Shown one piece after another: positions 60,074 to 64,000 of a stretch of 64,000 bases of DNA (positions are counted from its first letter, which is position 1; the number at the start of each line of letters is the position of its first letter). The stretch lies in the NCBI GenBank assembly GCA_041736175.1, contig JBGSUI010000075.1, positions 1-64,000 on the forward strand, written 5' to 3'. A program made the translations under genes and the position numbers. The notes beneath the pieces are model-generated. The model worked only from the letters and a program-made list of their open reading frames with translations, was not told where the DNA came from and made no database searches. The stretch is from Oligoflexales bacterium (lineage in GTDB: Bacteria > Bdellovibrionota_B > Oligoflexia > Oligoflexales > CAIYRB01).

Positions 60074-61189
60074 TTGATTATTTTAGGAATCGAATCCAGC
60101 TGTGATGAGACCGGTGTTGCCATCGTCAAAGACGGGCACGAGATCCTAAGCAATCAGGTCTCTTCGCAGATCGACCTCCATGCTCCCTTTGGGGGCGTAG
60201 TCCCAGAAATTGCCTCCCGGGCACACCTTCGGATAATCGATCCCCTGACCCAGGCCGCGCTCCAAGAGGCACGTCTCACTTGGCAGGACATTGACGGCAT
60301 CGCCGTGACCCAAGGTCCAGGGCTTATTGGCGCCCTGCTCGTCGGGGCAGCCTATGCCAAAGGGCTGGCCCTTGCCCTGGGCAAACCTCTTATACCGGTC
60401 GATCACGTGGAAGCCCATGTCCATGGCGCCCTCCTGGGAGTCCAACAAAAATCCGATTCAGGACCAGACCCTGGCCAAAACCCTGTCCGAGACATCGCGG
60501 CGACTTTTCCGGCTCTCTCCCTGGTGGTTTCTGGGGGACATACCAATCTTTATTATATGGCTTCCCCCACCGACTTTCAGCTCCTAGGGTATTCTTTAGA
60601 CGATGCCTGTGGTGAATGCTTTGACAAGGTGGGTAAACTCCTGCAACTTGGGTACCCCGCCGGGCCATTGATCGAAAACCTTGCAAGCCAGGGGGACCTG
60701 GAGCGAGCCCAAAAAACCTGGCCCATGCCCCTGATGGCCCCAGGTTCGGCTCTAGAACCCATTCGCTTTAGTTACTCCGGGCTCAAAACCTTTATGGCCC
60801 AAACCGTCCATAAACACCAAAAGAAAACCCAAGTTGATCCCCCTTCCTGGGGACAAGACCTTTGGGATCTGTGCGCAGCCTTTCAAGAGGAGGCCTTGGG
60901 ACAAATTGTTCGCAAAACCAAGCGAGCTCTCGTACTACGGCCCGACGCCAAATCGATTCTGATTGCGGGTGGAGTCGCTGCCAACCAACGCCTGAGGTCC
61001 ATGATGGCACACCAGATCGACCGTCCCTGCCACTACCCTCCCCTCAGCGCCTGCTCCGATAACGGTGCCATGATTGCAACCTATGCTTTTTACCAATACC
61101 TAGAGGCTCAAAAAAACCCCTCTCACAATCCCGCGGCCTATTTTGACCATCGTTGGGAGTCCTATTCCCGATATGCTTTTAAGGACTGA
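60074..61189 (+). CDS. tsaD: tRNA N6-threonylcarbamoyladenosine synthase TsaD
   Basis: LGIESSCDETG, GGVVPEIASRAH, HVEAH, VSGGHT, DDACGECFDK, DNGAMIA; probable TTG start at 60074. Confidence 0.96.
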   Translation: MIILGIESSCDETGVAIVKDGHEILSNQVSSQIDLHAPFGGVVPEIASRAHLRIIDPLTQAALQEARLTWQDIDGIAVTQGPGLIGALLVGAAYAKGLALALGKPLIPVDHVEAHVHGALLGVQQKSDSGPDPGQNPVRDIAATFPALSLVVSGGHTNLYYMASPTDFQLLGYSLDDACGECFDKVGKLLQLGYPAGPLIENLASQGDLERAQKTWPMPLMAPGSALEPIRFSYSGLKTFMAQTVHKHQKKTQVDPPSWGQDLWDLCAAFQEEALGQIVRKTKRALVLRPDAKSILIAGGVAANQRLRSMMAHQIDRPCHYPPLSACSDNGAMIATYAFYQYLEAQKNPSHNPAAYFDHRWESYSRYAFKD

Positions 61190-61194
61190 ACCAT

Positions 61195-62049
61195 ATGTCG
61201 ACGACAAGGGGTGGCCCAAAACAACAGAAAAGCCTCTCCCAGGTTTTTTTAAAGTCTCCGGAACCGGCCCAATTTGTGGCCGACACCCTCAAGGGCCTAG
61301 GGGTCCAGGAAGTCCTGGAGATTGGACCTGGAGATGGGATCCTCACCAAAGAGCTGGTCTCCCAAGGGATGAAGGTCACATGTGTCGAACGGGACCTGCG
61401 CTTTGTAGAACATCTGGCCGAAGCGTTTCGGGAGTTTAAGGGCCCCACAGGATCGAGTCTCCAGGTGGTTCACGAAGATTTTCTGGATTTTGACCTAGGG
61501 GGATGGTTGTCGTCTACGGGGACACCCTGTGGGATAGTCGGAAACATTCCCTACCATATTTCTTCGCCTATCTTGATTAAGGTCCTCAGCAGTTCCTTAG
61601 TAAATCTCCGAGCGATCATGATGATGACCCAAAAAGAGTTTGCCGAGAGACTGGCCGCTTCAAAAAAATCAAAAGCCTATGGCAGCCTCTCGGTTTTTGC
61701 CCAGATGCGTACTGATATTTCCATTGAAAAAACCGTCAGCCGCCACCTCTTTAATCCCGTCCCTAAAGTGGACAGTGCAATTTTTTTGGCGAAACCATTG
61801 AAAGTACCCTTCCCAGCCGCCGACCTCGGTTTTGTGGAAACAGTGACCCGACGGGCCTTTGCCCAAAGGCGCAAAAAACTAACCAATAGCCTGGGCTCTC
61901 TCCTTGGAGATCTACAACTCACCCCCGACCAGCTCGCCCGATCGCCCGTTGACTTAAGCCTTCGAGCCGATGCATTAAGTCCTCTGGATTTTTATGAATT
62001 AGCCCAATGGCTAAAGGGGATGAAAAGTTTTTCACCCCCTTCACCTTGA
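61195..62049 (+). CDS. rsmA: 16S rRNA dimethyladenosine transferase
   Basis: KSLSQVFL, LEIGPGDG, GNIPYHIS, PVPKVDS, FAQRRKKL. Confidence 0.95.
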   Translation: MSTTRGGPKQQKSLSQVFLKSPEPAQFVADTLKGLGVQEVLEIGPGDGILTKELVSQGMKVTCVERDLRFVEHLAEAFREFKGPTGSSLQVVHEDFLDFDLGGWLSSTGTPCGIVGNIPYHISSPILIKVLSSSLVNLRAIMMMTQKEFAERLAASKKSKAYGSLSVFAQMRTDISIEKTVSRHLFNPVPKVDSAIFLAKPLKVPFPAADLGFVETVTRRAFAQRRKKLTNSLGSLLGDLQLTPDQLARSPVDLSLRADALSPLDFYELAQWLKGMKSFSPPSP

Positions 62050-62121
62050 AGAAGCCTTGCTATTCCATCAGGCTTTAGGTATGTCCTAGGTTCCTTTTTT
62101 GACCATCACGGAGTATGGACG

Positions 62122-62340
62122 ATGGCAGTTCCTAAGTTTAGAATTTCAGCATCCCAAAGAGATAAACGACGATCCCACCACGCCCTCAAGGCCATTAGCT
62201 TGAGCTATTGCAGCGCCTGTGGTGAAGCAAAGCTTTCCCATACAGTTTGCAAAAACTGTGGATCTTACAAGGGTAAAGTGGTTGTCCAACCAAAACCTAC
62301 AAATGATATTACTGGCGAAGACTTTAAAGTCGAGAGCTAA
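62122..62340 (+). CDS. rpmF: 50S ribosomal protein L32 (Zn-ribbon type, acidic C-terminal extension)
   Basis: MAVPK, KRRSHHAL, CSACG...HTVCKNCGSYKG. Confidence 0.96.
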   Translation: MAVPKFRISASQRDKRRSHHALKAISLSYCSACGEAKLSHTVCKNCGSYKGKVVVQPKPTNDITGEDFKVES

Positions 62341-62342
62341 TC

Positions 62343-63320
62343 ATGTCTAAGATCCTAGCGATGTTTCCAGGACAAGGCTCCCAATGGGTCGGTATGGGAA
62401 GGGATCTCCTTAACCAGTTCCCGAAAAGCCGTCTTACCTTCGAAGAAGCGGAAGACGCGGCAAAAATACCCATTAGGAAGCTATGCATTGATGGCCCTGA
62501 GGACCAGTTAAGGCTTACGGAAAACACCCAACCCGCGATCCTAACAGTAAGCGTTGCGATTTGGAGGAGCCTTGTTGCGGAGACAGGGCTCGACCCGGGG
62601 CTTTTTGCAGGTCATAGCCTTGGGGAGTACTCGGCCCTTGTAGCCAGCGGAAAACTCGACTTTGCGCGGGCCGCTTTCCTCGTGAGAGCAAGGGGACTGG
62701 CGATGCAAGCAGCGGTTCCCGATGGTATGGGAGCTATGGCGGCTATCCTCAACATCCCTGGAGAAAAGCTGGCTCCCCTTTGTTTAGAAGTCGTAAAAAA
62801 TCTGGAGTCCTCTGGGAAAAAAGCCAAGGACTCCGATGGCAAAAGGGTCCCCACCTCTCTCGAAATCGTTAACTTTAACTCCCCTTCCCAGCTTGTCGTG
62901 GCGGGGCATCGGTTTGCGGTCGAAGGTCTTGTGGAAATCGTCGGCGCCCATAAAGGCAAGGGAGTCATCCTCCCTGTCAGCGCACCCTTTCATTCGACGC
63001 TGATGGAGCCTGCAAAGGTAGCTATGACACCACTGCTCCAGGACACTAGCTTTGTGCAGACCCCTGGCGGGATCATCGCAAATATCGACGGGGACATTCC
63101 CTCCCAGTACAGTTGGGAGCTCCTGGCCAAGCAGATAGCCTCCCCGGTCCTATGGTACCAGTCTATCGACAAAGCTACCCACTACGGATGTAAGACTTTT
63201 ATCGAGGTAGGTCCCGGCAAAGTGCTCTCTGGCCTGGCTAAACGGTTAGTCCCTAAGGATAGCGAGATTTTTAATACCGAAGATCTGCCAAATCTTATCC
63301 GTTCCTTTGCCCGTTCTTAG
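62343..63320 (+). CDS. fabD: Malonyl-CoA:ACP transacylase
   Basis: FPGQGSQ, TQPA, GHSLGEY, VSAPFHS, EVGPGKVL. Confidence 0.97.
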   Translation: MSKILAMFPGQGSQWVGMGRDLLNQFPKSRLTFEEAEDAAKIPIRKLCIDGPEDQLRLTENTQPAILTVSVAIWRSLVAETGLDPGLFAGHSLGEYSALVASGKLDFARAAFLVRARGLAMQAAVPDGMGAMAAILNIPGEKLAPLCLEVVKNLESSGKKAKDSDGKRVPTSLEIVNFNSPSQLVVAGHRFAVEGLVEIVGAHKGKGVILPVSAPFHSTLMEPAKVAMTPLLQDTSFVQTPGGIIANIDGDIPSQYSWELLAKQIASPVLWYQSIDKATHYGCKTFIEVGPGKVLSGLAKRLVPKDSEIFNTEDLPNLIRSFARS

Positions 63321-63865
63321 AGTCTTGGCTTATCGAGAGATAACTCATAGGAGTCGACACCTACGGTGATTCCCATAAAAGTTCTGGATCTAAAGAGCAT
63401 CCACTCAAACTTGCGGGGACGGTCTTTCTCATACATGGCCCAATGACCTTCGCTATCTTTTTTAATTCTTAGTTCAAAAGCTCGGTAGTCGGAAGGCGCT
63501 CGCGATAGGTAGCGAACCCGGATGATTCCCTCGTCACCGGTTACGGCTAAAAGCTGCATCAGCACAGCATCGATCCCTTTTACTTTGGCAACGGTAACTT
63601 CCGTAGCCTGTAGAGTTTCGACCCGGTGGCTCACCGAGCCGCCATGGGAGTCTTTGATGATCAGGCTATTGATATAACTTTTATCGTTTGTTTCGATATA
63701 GAATGACCGAATCAATCCATCTTCTGGTTCACTGATTGCTGACATCAACAACCGGTAATGGACCTTTTCGGCGGAAGGAGCGGGGTTTGAAAGCACAAAT
63801 GCGCTTGATGCCGACATCATTGCTACAGCTAGCTTAGGACCATACTTTTCCATTAAAAACCTCAT
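63317..63865 (-). CDS. Hypothetical, probably exported beta-rich protein (start uncertain)
   Basis: Open frame with an Ala/Ser-rich signal-like segment; converges on fabD. Confidence 0.6.
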   Translation of the reverse strand: MRFLMEKYGPKLAVAMMSASSAFVLSNPAPSAEKVHYRLLMSAISEPEDGLIRSFYIETNDKSYINSLIIKDSHGGSVSHRVETLQATEVTVAKVKGIDAVLMQLLAVTGDEGIIRVRYLSRAPSDYRAFELRIKKDSEGHWAMYEKDRPRKFEWMLFRSRTFMGITVGVDSYELSLDKPRL

Positions 63866-63921
63866 ATAGTTTATGATTTGTAGGGACTTCATTGTCACGA
63901 GTTTGTTGCGTAGCAAGATTC

Positions 63922-63949
63922 CTATCGGATAAAACTACAAAAAAGTTTA
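63922..63949 (-). promoter_or_regulatory. Putative sigma28 promoter
   Basis: Minus strand TAAA-N16-TCCGATAG. Confidence 0.55.
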
Positions 63950-64000
63950 GATTTTAGTATAACCTCAAAATACCATTGCCTTTATGACCAGTCATTAAAC

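Overview
Chromosomal window from a flagellated Gram-negative bacterium. Gene content (Glt-type gliding cluster, many sigma28-like promoters, TPR lipoproteins) suggests Bdellovibrionota/Oligoflexia, which is an inference. I found no rRNA, tRNA, CRISPR array or transposase. Housekeeping blocks (rpsB-tsf-pyrH-frr, tgt, rodA, kup, tsaD-rsmA-rpmF-fabD) alternate with lifestyle modules: flagellin, a TetR/TolC/MFP/RND efflux operon, a compact chemosensory operon, EPS priming genes opposite a sigma54 activator, and a gltA/B-C-D-E-F-like gliding operon. The best candidate for an undescribed system is 5062-8988, where a PilZ-like domain is fused to a PLP-dependent alpha-oxoamine synthase (SPT/AONS/CqsA family), followed by a fatty acyl-AMP ligase-ACP didomain that abuts the RND exporter. 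It may be a c-di-GMP-linked aminolipid or signal synthase. Other notable items are a CheR-REC-CheB fusion, a GYF-domain membrane protein that appears to start at a CTG codon missed by the ORF track, a recurrent sigma28 motif, and basic+AA/AS C-termini on lifestyle proteins (possible ClpXP degrons). All calls come from reading motifs by eye; no database searches were run.
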